From positions 5,830,547-5,894,546 of the forward strand of contig NC_068992.1 in NCBI RefSeq assembly GCF_001194135.2: 64,000 nt of DNA. The letters run 5' to 3'. Both the position numbers and the translations under genes were made by a program. Every line of letters starts with the position of its first letter. The stretch's first letter is position 1. The stretch comes from Octopus bimaculoides (lineage: Eukaryota). This document shows, in pieces, positions 1-12,632 of this stretch. The notes below the pieces were generated by a model. It searched no databases and had not been told where the DNA came from. It was given only the letters and a program-made list of their open reading frames with translations.

Positions 1-692
1 TTCATTAAAGAAATTTAATTATAAAGTAATCAGAAAGTCTTGGAAATTGTTCATATTTGTTGCGGTGGTAAACTATAATCAGTTAATATAACAAAATAAT
101 AATAATAATAATAATAATCATATGCTTTAAAAGTTACAGATGTTTCCAAGAGTAACAATAAATATATTAAAGTGTGTGTGTGTGTCTGTGTGTGTATGCA
201 CATACATATATAGATAATTAGAACAACAGGAACATTCTCTCATAGTTGCATGATGATGTGTATGTATATGTGTATGTGTGTTTGTACATGTGATTGTGTT
301 TGAGCGTGAGCGCAAAACACAAAGAGAAATATATATTTAACGTCGTGACATATACACAAATAAAAGTCTGCAAATATTTTGTGGAGCATACGAAAGTACG
401 CATTTATCAGTGTTTGGGAAATTGTTTTCCATCTCTTAAATATATGTTCATATAAGCAAAGAACATATATGTACATACATGCGCACACAAGCACGCACAC
501 ACGCACACACATATGTGTATATATGTGTGGGTGTGGGGAGGGTTTGTGTGTGTATGTCTGTGTCTGTGTGTGTGTTTGTGTATTTATATATGGCGAGAAA
601 TGATGAGAATACGTAGGTGTGCATATAAATTAGATACAATTTATTAATTATATTATGCAAAATACAAGTAAGTATATATGTATGTGTGTATC

Positions 693-723
<31 letters not shown>

Positions 724-1217
724 TTGTGTGTGTACCTATGTGTAGAGAGAAAGAGGGACGGAGATAGTTAGATACGTAGATAGATATATTGTATGCATGT
801 ATGTATGTATTATCTATGTATGCGTGTGCGTGCGTATTTCTCTCTTCGTACAAAAGAAAATTATACAAGTTAATTTCGTGCCTCATATGACTGTTCCGAT
901 TTTTCACATCTGACATTTCAGCTATTAAAAGGATGCAAAATATAAGACATATTCAAAATACAAGCAAGTCTGTAAACAGTGCCATTCTTATTGCAAGAGA
1001 AACAAATATACGGATGGTCTTTAATTAATAGATTGCAACAGACTTTGAGTCATTAAGAATAGATACTAACATACAAGTATGTTCATCACTCAAACTCCGA
1101 AGTATAAAATGCTCAGCCCCTCATCAGCACATTGTTAATAACAGTACAATGGACAATAAATCATGATAACAGCAAAACAAAGTGTTTAAATGTAATAGGC
1201 CATAGGTGATAAATATG

Positions 1218-1760
1218 CAGGGTGGGTAGAAATTGCTTGTAGAATTTTTAGACAAACAACTCTAATGGGATTTTTTTTTTCATTTTCTTATTGTCTTATT
1301 TCTTATCTTCCAGATGGTCGGCCTTTTGCGTGTTTAGGGGTTAGCTAAGATCGAATCACGTTATGAAGTGTGGAATTCCGTTGTTTTCGTTCAGAGATGG
1401 TGGCTTGCATGGAAAAGTAAGCATGCAACACTACGTATGGAAGCAATAAAAAGTCACCAAGGGATCTGTGAACGAAACAAGATGTGGCCGTCCAACCACA
1501 TCCTGATCAGCAGGAAAATTTTAATCACAGTCCGCAAAATCAATACTCCAATCTGATCCATCAATACATGTAGCATCAGTGTTATTTGAAGCCCAGTGAT
1601 TGAGTTTCGGGGATATATAACGCTTTTGAAATGGAGTAAAGTGATTTGTCTATTACCAACTATATCAAATTAGTAGTTTACAGAAAACTGGATCGGAAGT
1701 CGGATCTGATATGTTTGCAACGAAGTAAAGGAAACCATTTTGTCCGACACTCTAAATATT
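1218..1760 (+). mobile_element. Degenerate Tc1/mariner-superfamily DNA transposon, left end plus N-terminal HTH of transposase (DUF4817-like)
   Basis: CAGGGTG-type terminus at 1218. From ATG 1314: MVGLLRV*GLAKIESRYEVWNSVVFVQRWWLAWKSKHATLRMEAIK, then in shifted frames TKGSVNETRCGRPTTS and QENFNHSPQ. This matches the ARYEVWxSxVxVQRWW...TGSV...SGRP...F.RSP pattern of this transposase family as I recall it. Stops and frameshifts present; no right TIR found. Confidence 0.55.
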
Positions 1761-2912
1761 CAGAAAATACAAGCTTTCTCCTATTATTTACGCTTTTCAC
1801 ATGTTTTTTTTTTTTTAGTTTAGTCAGTACATTGTAACTATAAAATGTCGGGAATTTCAAATATACAAAGGGCGTACGTATAATCTGAATTTTAAAAATG
1901 CCTGCCTTTCTGTACTTCCGCCATCCAATCCTTGTTTCATTGTGAAACTGATAACAAATCAACTTGAGAATGTATTCTTCCAGAAGAGAGGGTATCTAGT
2001 AATCTAGAAAAAAAACTATATATTGGTAAAAAAAAAAGAACAACAACCTATTTATCTCCATTAGTCCACATAACTGCAGCATATAACTATTAGAATACAA
2101 TGCAATATATTTGCCACATGGCATAAACCAAAAGCAATGTAGTTGATATTTTTGACTATAGAATTTGTATCACAACTTTCGAAACTAACAACTATTTGGA
2201 ATAACTTATGAAAAACCACGAAAACTGATTGCAATCAAGTGTTGATAGAATAGAGTCTGACTCGTTCAAAAATAATTATGTGATGCTGATCTACGGAAAT
2301 TATTTTGATGGAGATGTCCAACTTTAAAATTTAATGAGACTTGCAATTATTTCTTAATTATGTTGCCAAAAAAAAATTGTCGAAAACATCCAGAATGTCT
2401 TTCGATATGAGCTAATAACAGATACGTCAGCTAGTGGGCAGTGAACACGAAGCATGATATAATGATGTACTTGACAAGAAACAAGAAGTGTGTTGAGAAG
2501 AAAGAAAAGGAGAAACAAATTTATACATTTCCTGCTGCCAAATATTTGACCTCTTCCTTTCCTTTTCCTTAATTATTGACCGCTTCTCGAACTTAGCTCA
2601 CCAACAATCTTTGTTTCTAAATTCTGTTCTCCCACCTACAGCATTCATTTTAAATTACGTTTATGGTTTGTCGCCTCGGGGGTTTCAAACACCAGTGTAA
2701 CCTTTGTATAACTAAGTTATACTCGGCCTAATGAGTCGCTAGCTGAGTTCTGCTCCTTAAGTTATTATCACACCAGAGGATCTGTGTAGCTAGAAAACAC
2801 ATGTAGTCTCCATTGAAATTATTCCACTGCCTCAATTTGGAGTTTTATTCACATTCATAACTCTAGTTTTGAACCGTGAGCTATACAGAATTTTTGAGGT
2901 TATTGACTTTTC

Positions 2913-2958
<46 letters not shown>

Positions 2959-3065
2959 NNNNNNNNNNNNNNNNNNNNNNNNNNNNNNNNNNNNNNNNNN
3001 NNNNNNNNNNNNNNNNNNNNNNNNNNNNNNNNNNNNNNNNNNNNNNNNNNNNNNNNNNNNNNNNN

Positions 3066-3119
<54 letters not shown>

Positions 3120-3318
3120 ATACGTAGTTTGTGTTGTTATGACAATATGTAATATGTCTGTGTGATGAAGGAATTTAATGAAGTGTATGGGGCATATGTC
3201 TTATGCATAATGTTTTCACAATGCTTGCTCAAAATTGATATTCAGTTGGAAAAATAAAACTTATCCAGTTCGGAGGGGTGACGCGATTGGTTGGGGGTCA
3301 AGTTTCAACTGTCGATGT

Positions 3319-3473
3319 TGTAGCATGTGCGCTAGTAAAAATGAAAAATATCACGTATTGTGAGTGAGCGTAGCATAGTGGCACAGACAGAATACAAAAG
3401 GAGGCATGATAACGTAGCTAAGTATGTTCACTGGAGAGTGTGCGATAAGTACGCTCTTGAAAGGTCATTGAAA
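3319..3473 (+). mobile_element. R4/Dong-like (REL-type non-LTR) retrotransposon fragment, CCHC zinc-knuckle region
   Basis: CSMCASKNE-(frameshift)-IVSERSIVAQTEYKRRHDNVAKYVHWRVCDKYALER matches CxxC-x8-H-x4-C followed by YKRRHDxVAxxxHW, typical of R2/R4-group ORF C-termini. Confidence 0.8.
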
Positions 3474-3477
3474 TTTT

Positions 3478-3715
3478 TAATTGCAATCTGCTTAACTTCC
3501 CAAGTTAACCTGTCATATCTTTCGACTTTTCTTTCTTCCTTATAGCATAACTTGTTGTCAGCTGGGCATGCTTCCCTCAGTATCAGTGTTAGTGGTATCA
3601 AACACAGTACGATCTGTTCAACACTCACTTTTGAGGATCTGTGTATCCTTTTTATTTCCGACACTAAGTTTTGGTAGTTCACGAATTTCTCGTCATCTCT
3701 TTTACCTCGCAGGCC
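3478..3715 (-). mobile_element. R4/Dong-like restriction-like endonuclease fragments (two tandem pieces)
   Basis: Minus strand reads RDDEKFVNYQNLVSEIKRIHRSSKVSVEQIVL and then ACPADNKLCYKEERKVERYDRLTWEVKQI. Both fit the D-x-ACP...KE.EK..KY..L..EI/V..LW REL segment. Confidence 0.75.
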
Positions 3716-3884
3716 GACTAAAGATTTGTGAGNNNNNNNNNNNNNNNNNNNNNNNNNNNNNNNNNNNNNNNNNNNNNNNNNNNNNNNNNNNNNNNNNNNN
3801 NNNNNNNNNNNNNNNNNNNNNNNNNNNNNNNNNNNNNNNNNNNNNNNNNNATATATATATATATATATATATATACAACTTTGT

Positions 3885-4035
3885 GTCTGTTCGTCCCATC
3901 ACCACCGATAAAGTACATGAATAAGTACTTCGCTTGAAAAAGGAAGGTCGTTTTGTTCGGCTAAACCCCTTCAAAGCAGTGTCACCGCATGACTGCAGTC
4001 AAATGGCTAAGACAAGAAAAAATTAAAAGATATAA
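3885..4035 (+). mobile_element. SINE family 2, 3' half
   Basis: gaataagtact...gtcgttttgttcggctaaaccccttcaaagcagtg...gcatgactgcagtcaaatggctaagacaag aligns with the 3' parts of the copies at 44450-44667 and 45922-46285. Confidence 0.7.
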
Positions 4036-4059
4036 GGTATATGGTGGAGCTGCAAAACA

Positions 4060-4265
4060 CAACGTTTTTTGATGTATGGACACGATGATTGCAAGTTTGT
4101 ACTTTCGATTCTTGGACAGTGCGATGCTATATGTTCTTTTGGAAAATACTTCGTATCACCTTTTTCCAGTCCATTCAGCAAGCAAAAATGAGTAATCCTG
4201 CAACGGACCGGCGTCCTATCGATAGAGGACTATATACGCCAGAGAGACAAGAAACCGACTCTAAG
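4060..4265 (+). mobile_element. SINE family 3 (tRNA-derived, CORE-like segment), degenerate
   Basis: aaaaatgagtaatcctgcaacggaccggcgtcc...atatacgcca aligns with 63697-63920 (aaaatgagtaatcgagcaacggactggcgtc...atatacgcca). Confidence 0.65.
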
Positions 4266-5589
4266 CTGTAATGTGGATTCAGTATATATCCGCTTCTAAG
4301 TCCATATACTCGCATTTATAACTATATTAGTCTATATTACATATAAACCGGTAAGGAAACGTTAGATACTCACCGACACGATCACAGACACATATTCTTT
4401 CATATATAAAATATTTCCTGAAATGGAAAACACAGACTGAACTAGGTAGTAAGAACCTTTATTATGTAAATTTCCATAAACGAAGAATAATATCACCAAC
4501 GTCAACAACTATAATTGAAAGAAAAAAAAACATTAATTTGTCAGTTATAGCGTTCAATGTCAGTTTGTTTTGTTATTTTCCTCTGAAAAGATAAAAGTAT
4601 TGCGACTTTAATCATAAATATTTCTCCATTTTCTTTTTTGTAAATTGAAATTCCATTCACTGCAAATTGTGTGTTTTTCAATTGTGTGTAATTGCCCATA
4701 TTTCGTTTCCAGCTAAACATTTAAAGATAAAACTATTGCTTTGTAACGGAGAGAAACTTCAACTATTTTCTCTGCTATACATCAAGAAATTGCAGGCAAT
4801 AAACGTTCTAATTACACTTATTTGTTATTGTTGTTGGTATTGGGTTAGGGTTACAATGTTGATAGTGTTGCTGCTACTGCGGTGACTCTGGAATAAATGT
4901 AAAGAGTGAAATGTAAAACTATGATTCTGCAAAACATTATCCAAAATATCATCATAATAATTGCCATGAATAAAAAAAAAACCACAAGTAGAACGTATAC
5001 CATTACAATAAAGAGAACTATGTAATTTATGAATATTTCATGCACAAAATCATTTTTCAAGCCTTTGGCAATGTAATAAGTGGAATGTTCTAGAAATACA
5101 CCACGGCATAAATGTTGCTACTTATTTAATCATTTGGTCGTGCAATATCGGAGAATATAATTCTTTGTTTATTTCCCTTTCTCGGAGCTGGTATTCAATG
5201 TTATTTTAAACAATGTCATCTAAATTCTAGAATATGACAAGATGACATAAATACTATGTTAAATACGTTCTCACTAGAAGATTAAAAACAAGAGCAACGA
5301 ACGGTTGAAACATGACATCAGTGGAAATATTTAATCGCGAATTATGGTATATGTCTATGAGTTCTATTTCATGACGAAGTGTCAACAAATATTGATAGCC
5401 CCTAGCTCGGTTTTCTGTTAAACTAGTCTATTTCCTAGAATCTAATGAATAGGTGTGTCCCTATTTCCTCGGGAATTATCGTTACTAGCTGGACCCGTGA
5501 AAAATTCACGGAAAACGTGAAAAATGTAAGCATCTGTAAACAGTGTACTGGTGCCAGGAGAACTGTTTGTATATTATGACTGTTTGTCT

Positions 5590-5735
5590 AGGTTCTGATT
5601 TCAAATTCTGCAGAGGTCGACTTTGCTTTTCGTCCTTTCGGGGTTCGCTAAATTAAGTACCAGTTGTGTACTGCGGTCGATCTAATCAACTGACCCCCTC
5701 CCCACAAATATTTCAGGCCTAGAAAACAATATTGT
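5590..5735 (+). mobile_element. SINE family 1, 5'-truncated
   Basis: ttcaaattctgcagaggtcgactttgcttttcgtcctttcggggttcgctaaattaagtaccagttg...ggtcgat is shared with the copies at 9229, 42061, 43071 and 45703. Confidence 0.8.
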
Positions 5736-6248
5736 GACAGTTACAGAATATATAAAAGTAATGTAACACCAATGATTATATAATCCAAACAAAATATCTT
5801 AGTTACTCAAACGTAAACGGAATTTCTACTTAACCTTAAAATACATTGTACATATTCAAATAACCTTCTTGGTTTAGTGGTACTGAATGTTTTTCAGGTA
5901 TTCCGAAGCCAAAAGATGTTTTTTAGCTGAGGTGTAATTTTAGAATGATAACAAATTCAAAATTTGAATGTTGAAGCAAAGTACCACGTTTTCTTGGTAT
6001 ATGGCTGCAGTTGAAATGGATTAAAACAAATGTATTTGTGTGTATGTGTGTGTGTATGTATGTGTGTGTGGTTGGGCCTTTAATAGCAGTTTAAGATCAC
6101 TCGCAGAAAGGATTTCAAAACGGCACCATGCACAATCATATACAAACATACACATACGTGCACACACATAGAAAACACATACCTAGAGACGGAGGCAGAC
6201 AAACAGACAGTACGTGTCAGATAGTTCACAACGAAGTCTTCACCCCCC

Positions 6249-6312
<64 letters not shown>

Positions 6313-7033
6313 GAGTTTTTCTCTTGCTATTAAAACAATAAATGTCCAAGATGATTCAGTGTTTCAATTAAAAAATGTATATGAATATATTAGACAGTTT
6401 TTGTTTAGGATACGATATAAAATTTTTGCTGTGGTTGAAAATACAACACAAACACCACCTTCCGTTGAGTCACAACGGACTCCTCTCTCTCATATATATA
6501 TATATGTGCGTGTGTGTGTGTGTGTACGTGTGTATCAAGGTGTAGCTGCAATTCAAAGGGGCCAGCCGTGTCATATTCTGTTTGAGGCTGAATCTCTCTG
6601 AGATTTACGTTAATGTTATGCCTGTCTGGTGAGTACTCAGCTATTTGTGAGTTAATTTTATCCTCGTGTGCTAATGAAAAGTGAAATTTGCTGTGTATGC
6701 ATCTATGCATGAACGTTTCTTTGGATTTATGTATCTACAGCCTCTCTTAGTTTCTCTCTTTCTCTTTCACTCCTTTTCTGTCCCTCTTCTGTCCCGCTTT
6801 TCATTTAACAATGTGTATATGCATCTATGTATCTACTTCTCTTGCTTTGAACGCCTTCACCACTCACTTCCGCTTTCCACTCTCTTTCTCTCTCACTTTT
6901 TCTCTCTCTTTCACTCTCTTTCTTTCTCTCTTACGTCCTCTCTGAAACGAACGCCGTCACTACTCACTCTCTCTTTAGCTACTCTCTCCCTCTCCCCCTC
7001 TCTCTCTTTCTCCTCTCTCTCTCTCTTTCTCTA

Positions 7034-7066
<33 letters not shown>

Positions 7067-7540
7067 TATTTCCTCTCTGTCCTTTTTTCTCTCGCTTTGC
7101 CACTTCTTTGAAGTAAGTGTGAGGCACGCAACAAGTACGTACAATAACAAAAAGTTAGCGTATTAATATTATTGATTAAAGAAAAATATTTTGCCACCAT
7201 TTCATTCATGACGGAAACAGTTTTACTCCGTACAAAACATATATCGATCAAATGTCACAAGGAAGATAATAATATACAAATTCAATTATTGTTTTATTAT
7301 AATAGAATACTGACTTCATACCACTGTTTTTTTTTGTTTTTTCTTCCAATTCAATTGGTTTCGGATTTATTTTTTCCATAAATATACACATTATATAACA
7401 TAGTATACTATATTATATATACTTCCCGATTAAATTAGAGAAAAATGGGTTTTAAAAATAAGTAACCTCGCTATAATTTTCAAAGATTCAAAATTGTTTT
7501 CTACAGATAAATTATTTATAAACTAAAATGTATACACACA

Positions 7541-7864
7541 ATTTACATTTCACGGATATTTGTCCTCATCTTGTTTGTTGTTAACACAATCTTTCGCCTG
7601 ATATACACTCCAACTTTCAATAGTTGTCTTGGAGAAATTTCGAACTTGGGTTCTCATTCAAGGCATTTTCGATATTATTTTTTATTATTATTCAGGTCAC
7701 TGCCTGGAATCGAACTCGGAATCTTAGGGTTAGTAGCCCGGGCGCTTGACCACTGCGCCATATGCCCGTGGACAATTATGAGTGAATTTTAGGGCTTATA
7801 AATCTAATATTTTCCTGTCTGTCAAATGTAAATAATGTAAATAATGTAAATAGTTCCTCATCTC
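7541..7864 (-). mobile_element. tRNA-headed, hammerhead-bearing SINE-like element (copy A) with an inverted 3'-terminal piece at 7821-7864
   Basis: Minus strand carries box A TGGCGCAGTGG (7750-7760), box B GTTCGATTCC (7706-7715), an (AAT)-rich linker, then a body colinear with copies B and C at 42455-43000. Segment 7821-7864 (gtcaaatgtaaataatgtaaat...) is the family's 3' end in the opposite orientation. Confidence 0.85.
7583..7628 (-). ncRNA. Degenerate minimal type I hammerhead ribozyme motif (copy A)
   Basis: GACAA CTATTGA A AGTTG gagtgtatat CAGGC GAAA GATT GTGTT, positionally identical to the motif in copies B and C but with core mutations; probably inactive. Confidence 0.55.
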
Positions 7865-8949
7865 ATTGTCTTCAAATATACTACATTGACTTTCTCTTGT
7901 TACTGTAATCACTTTTAACTTAGTTCGACCTAATTTAATGAAATCTGATTAAATTTGTTTTAACTTATTTCAGATAGTAGATAGGCATGGGGTTTGGGGG
8001 AAGATGGCAATAGAAGGAGGTGTCTTACTGAAAAATGTAAAATTGATAGTAAAGATACTTAAAGTGAACACTTTTGACATCAATCATTTTGAGTTTGTAC
8101 CAAAATGATAATGAGTGCGTACACTCTCTTTATTGTGACAACTACAAGATATTCTTAGCCTGGACTAAATCCTTATGAATGAAATCTAACGCAATGCTCT
8201 GTGGTTCGGTATTCAGAGGGAAAGGTAAGCTACATGCAACGTGGAAACCATCAGTATTTGTAAAACATTCAGTGTAATTATTAATGTTCGCAGCATACCA
8301 GCCTTCAAGGCTCACTGTACAAAGAAACTCATTGATGGGCCTAAAAATCAATACGTTTAATAGGAAATCTAGTAATGGCAGTATTTGTGTTCTATAAGAA
8401 GGATTAGGAAGAAATATAAAGCTATAAAACCATCTAGTAAATGACCATCATTTTATGCAGTGAACGTGCAGATATGAATATTATACGATGTAAGGTAAAT
8501 TACTGTGTATATCAGATAAATATTTATGTATAACACAGAATAGGGCTTTAGAAGAGATGAACAGGTGAAAGTACAAAGAAAAAAAAAACACTATAATATG
8601 CCTTCGTCAAAAGGCCAGCAACATTGCAGAATCCTTAGTTTTTCTTATATAAAGGGTATAAGGGACCGTGGTGTAGATTTTCCAAAGACAGTGTAGCCAG
8701 TGAAACGAAATCAATACATAGATTAGGAAAATATGTATACGAATGCAAGCAAATCCGTTTTCTATTTCAGGAAAGGTGTTTTTGTGCATATGTAAAAAGG
8801 CTAATATTGAACTATTGCCAAATATAGTCCTTGAATGCAAAGATAGGAAGTATAGAAATAAATGGGCACAATATGTGAATTTGGATGCATAAATGCGTTC
8901 GTGAGCGGTGGAGCGCAAATCATTTAAATAGAAGGGAGAAAGCTGTGCT

Positions 8950-9210
8950 GCTACAAACAGATGATGCATTAGAGGGATGCCAACGGTCTAAAGATGCCAG
9001 ATGACTTTTTAAGAAGAAGCTTCCAAACATAGGAGGTGAATGAATTTATGGAAGATTTGGTGAAGGCTTACATCAGGTGGTTGAATGCTACGAAGGAATG
9101 GCAGGAAATCGTAAAGTCAAGAAAATATACATGAAAATAAAGGGAGAACAATGATAATATCGTTCGTATTTGCTGCAAGGTTTGGAACAATGACTGGAAA
9201 GTTGGTGGAG
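8950..9210 (+). mobile_element. Possible highly decayed RTE-clade LINE remnant
   Basis: Frames give KAYIRWLNATKEWQEI and MKIKG...RSYLLQGLEQ*, weakly resembling the post-RT ARI..AW.KWRE / KVKG..Y..CVRS.LLYGSETW segment. Confidence 0.3.
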
Positions 9211-9228
9211 CGGAAGATAATTGAATCC

Positions 9229-9382
9229 TCTCAGTACACAGCTGATTATTATTTTATCGATCTCAAATAGATGAAAGGTAAATTTGGCACCGGTGGAATT
9301 TGAAATAAGAACATAAAGACCGACAAAATGCCGTTAAGCATTTTGTCCGGTGTGCTTACGATTCGGCCAGTTCGCCACCTTC
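9229..9382 (-). mobile_element. SINE family 1, with head
   Basis: Reverse complement ggcgaactggccgaatcgtaagcacaccggacaaaatgcttaacggcattttgtcggtctttatgttcttatttcaaattccaccgg: tRNA-like head plus family body. Confidence 0.8.
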
Positions 9383-9593
9383 ATAATGTCGTTCATACTG
9401 GAATGTATTTAGAATTGCATGGGTAAGTTTGGTTGTATGCGTGTATGAATGCGAGATGCTTTGTGTATACGATCACCCTCTGTATGTATCAGTGCTGAAA
9501 TGTTTAACATTCCATCAAGCACAGCTACACATGCAAACGCACGGACAGTCGCACGGACAGACACTCGTACACGCTTAGACCCCAGACACACGC

Positions 9594-9595
9594 AG

Positions 9596-9629
<34 letters not shown>

Positions 9630-9631
9630 AC

Positions 9632-9666
<35 letters not shown>

Positions 9667-9780
9667 CATACATACATACATACATATATACATATATGCA
9701 TACATACATATATACATACATACATGCATGCATACATACATACATACACACATACATACGTAATACATACATACATTCAT
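9594..9780. repeat. Compound (GATA)n/(GA)n/(CATA)n microsatellite
   Basis: Directly visible. Confidence 0.95.
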
Positions 9781-9981
9781 ACATAAATAGATACTACGTA
9801 AAGTGCAAGAACACCGTAAGGGGAATTTCTCTAAACTTGTTCAATTATCCAAAACAATTATTTCTACATTAGTTTATCGAAGTAAACTATACACATGATA
9901 ATTAATTATTCACCTAAGCTTTCTATGAACTCTATAAAGCATTATGAACAATTCATGTAATACCATCGAAAATGTACTATA

Positions 9982-10200
9982 TCTATAATAAACGAGACAT
10001 TCTGTCTGTTCGACCGTCCGTGACCCCAGTACCTCAGGCTATATTTGTTCTACATAAACATATTATATTGTTTTAGGAATCAGGAAGGTCTCGGGATTGA
10101 AAACCAACCCCCTTCGTTCGGTTCTTCAACTTTCAACATTCAGATCAGGTCTGGCTGAGTGTTTGTGATATGCTAACATTGAAAATTCAAATTTGAATGG
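9982..10200 (+). mobile_element. Possible non-autonomous Helitron-like element, 5' part
   Basis: a|TCTATAATAAACGAG followed by ctgtctgttcgaccgtccgtg: an A|TC start plus a (CTGT)-like tract typical of such elements. Confidence 0.35.
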
Positions 10201-11153
10201 TCAACACAAAGTTAACGAATAATTTTATTTCTTGTTTTTCAGGATTACCAATAAGTAACTTAAAAGATGCAGTGACTTGGATGGAGTTGTAATGAAGTTA
10301 GATCTCTTGGATTTCGGGATCCGAGATGAGAACAATTACCGATATTCTATGATTTTATCATTTGTTATTTTTGTTTAAATTATCTGCTGTTGTTTGAGAA
10401 ATACATATGCAAGCTGCAAAATTACACACGCGCGCGCGCGTACGCATGTGTATGGCACAGGCAATAAATGAAAATGATGGTGATTCTTATACTGAAGAAA
10501 TGAAAAAAAAAATGATAATTGATCGTGGTGATGATGATGGTGATGATGTTAAGATGCCAAGGCGTTGGTGGTGAAACTGTTTTCAACTGTGATAGTGGAG
10601 ATATTAGCAGAACTGTTTTAGTGGTAGCGGTAGCGGTGGTGTTGGTGAGGGTAGAACACACCTATTTAGATTTACTAATTCATGATATATACTCATTTCA
10701 AATACAAATAGTTTCTGGAGAAAATTTTAATGTATTTGCGAATACCATCTTCAGATATATCTTGTAAAAAATGTTAAATCGAAAAACATTTTACAAGTCT
10801 CTATAAATATATGGATAAGGGTTATTTGTTTCAATGTTTAAAGTTTTATCTCTATTACAAGTGTTCTTCCAATTTATATTCTGCAATTTATATGTTATTC
10901 TAAGTAAATGGAAGACAACTATAGTTGCGGCTATATATATACATATATATATATATATATGTGTGTGTGTGTATGTGTGTGTGTGTGTGCGTGTGTGTGT
11001 GTTTGTATGTTTGTGTGCGTGTGCGCGCGTATGTGCATGTAACTATCTATGCATCCATGCGTACATTCATAGACACACATAAATACTCACACATACATAG
11101 AGAGATAGATAGATAGATACATGTATATATGTATGATTCTAAGTTGGCATGTG

Positions 11154-11237
<84 letters not shown>

Positions 11238-12059
11238 ACTAGACAGACACATATTCACACATTCACGTTCACATGCACACATAGGTCTGTATAAACACAT
11301 GCGTAAAATCACATATGCACGAACCTAACAGATTTTTAAATGATTCGGACAAGACATGAAGTAACTAGCTGAGGTGCCCCGTAATTCTCTAGAAAGCGAG
11401 GCTTATCCCTTGGTTCCGTTCTCATATTTTTTTCTCTAATCCAATAACAACAATAGAAAGTATGTAGCCCTAAAGCGGTTTTTGTGCATTTACCGAAAAA
11501 TACCAAACTGTCTTGTACAGGATCTTGTTTTTAGGACTTCCCAATAAGTTATGAATATCCAAATTGTGAAGTCAGTTATGTAATAACATGCAATCAGTTA
11601 CTTGATTGTAAGAATTCAAATAAAGTAGCACCGGAAAGGGCTTTAATGCGTTTCCAGAGTATATAGAACTTAGGACGAAATACTAATAACGCATGTATGT
11701 TAAAATCGGGAAGCATGTTACGTAATAATATGCTAATCAGTAAAGAATTCTGGATAAAGCGTTTGTGCGTTCCCAGAGAATATTACCCTCAGCGGTGCTA
11801 GCGTTGGTATATTCGTGAATAATTCGCTAACTGAAATAAGTTGATCTATTCTTTAGGACAATACTATTTACTTGTTTAAGGGTTGTACTGGAAATATTGC
11901 GAAAATAACTCAAACAGTTCAAATACTGAGATATAAGCATACTCAATTGAATTTATACCAAATTATTTAGGAAAATGAATGGGTATTTCCTTTGGCTGTT
12001 AACATCTGGGTGAATGGGTTATATATCTTGACTGTTAAAATGAAATATATAAGATATAT

Positions 12060-12245
12060 ATAATGACCCCTTCCAGGGGCCCTACTCTCGACTTTTTCAA
12101 CAATCTGAGTATGCTATGAGGCTTCCAGATCGGTGGTCTACTCATGTGTCAGGTTTCATCAAAGTTGATAAAATGATGTTCGGGGAGTTAGCTGACAACT
12201 CCACAAACACACCTCCAGACAAAATTTCTCATATAGGTAGTAGAT
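12060..12245 (-). mobile_element. Non-autonomous Helitron-like repeat, 5' part
   Basis: Reverse complement a|TCTACTACCTATATGAGAAA...ggtgtgtttgtggagttgtcagctaactcc...actttgatgaaacctgacac aligns over about 100 bp with 13484-13580. Confidence 0.55.
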
Positions 12246-12356
12246 ATTTCTGCTGATATTTCTTGTTATCCGTTCAAAGCTCACTCTGGGTGAAGTTGTC
12301 TCCTACCTTTACTTTTACTTCTTTCACTCAATGGACTGTGCTGAATTTATTTTTAT

Positions 12357-12492
<136 letters not shown>

Positions 12493-12632
12493 TTAAAGAC
12501 ATATTTTCCACAAGGTAGGGGAAAATAGTACTCATGTACCCAGTGTACATTAATGGGTTTTTATTAAACTGAAAAATCTGAAGAAACTGTTGCTCGGAGA
12601 TTCGCGCTCTCCAACGTGGAGCAGTTGTGATC

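Noticed and set aside
1314-1416. Host coding exon
   Set aside because: Stops in all frames; the sequence is better explained as a transposase N-terminus.
7700-7770. Functional tRNA gene
   Set aside because: Box A/B and an anticodon-like loop are present, but there is no convincing acceptor stem, and it is fused to a repeated body seen three times. It is a SINE head.
8142-8351. 69-aa minus ORF (MIFRPINEFLCTVSLEGWYAANINNY...)
   Set aside because: Protein-like composition but no motif I can support, and no splice context.
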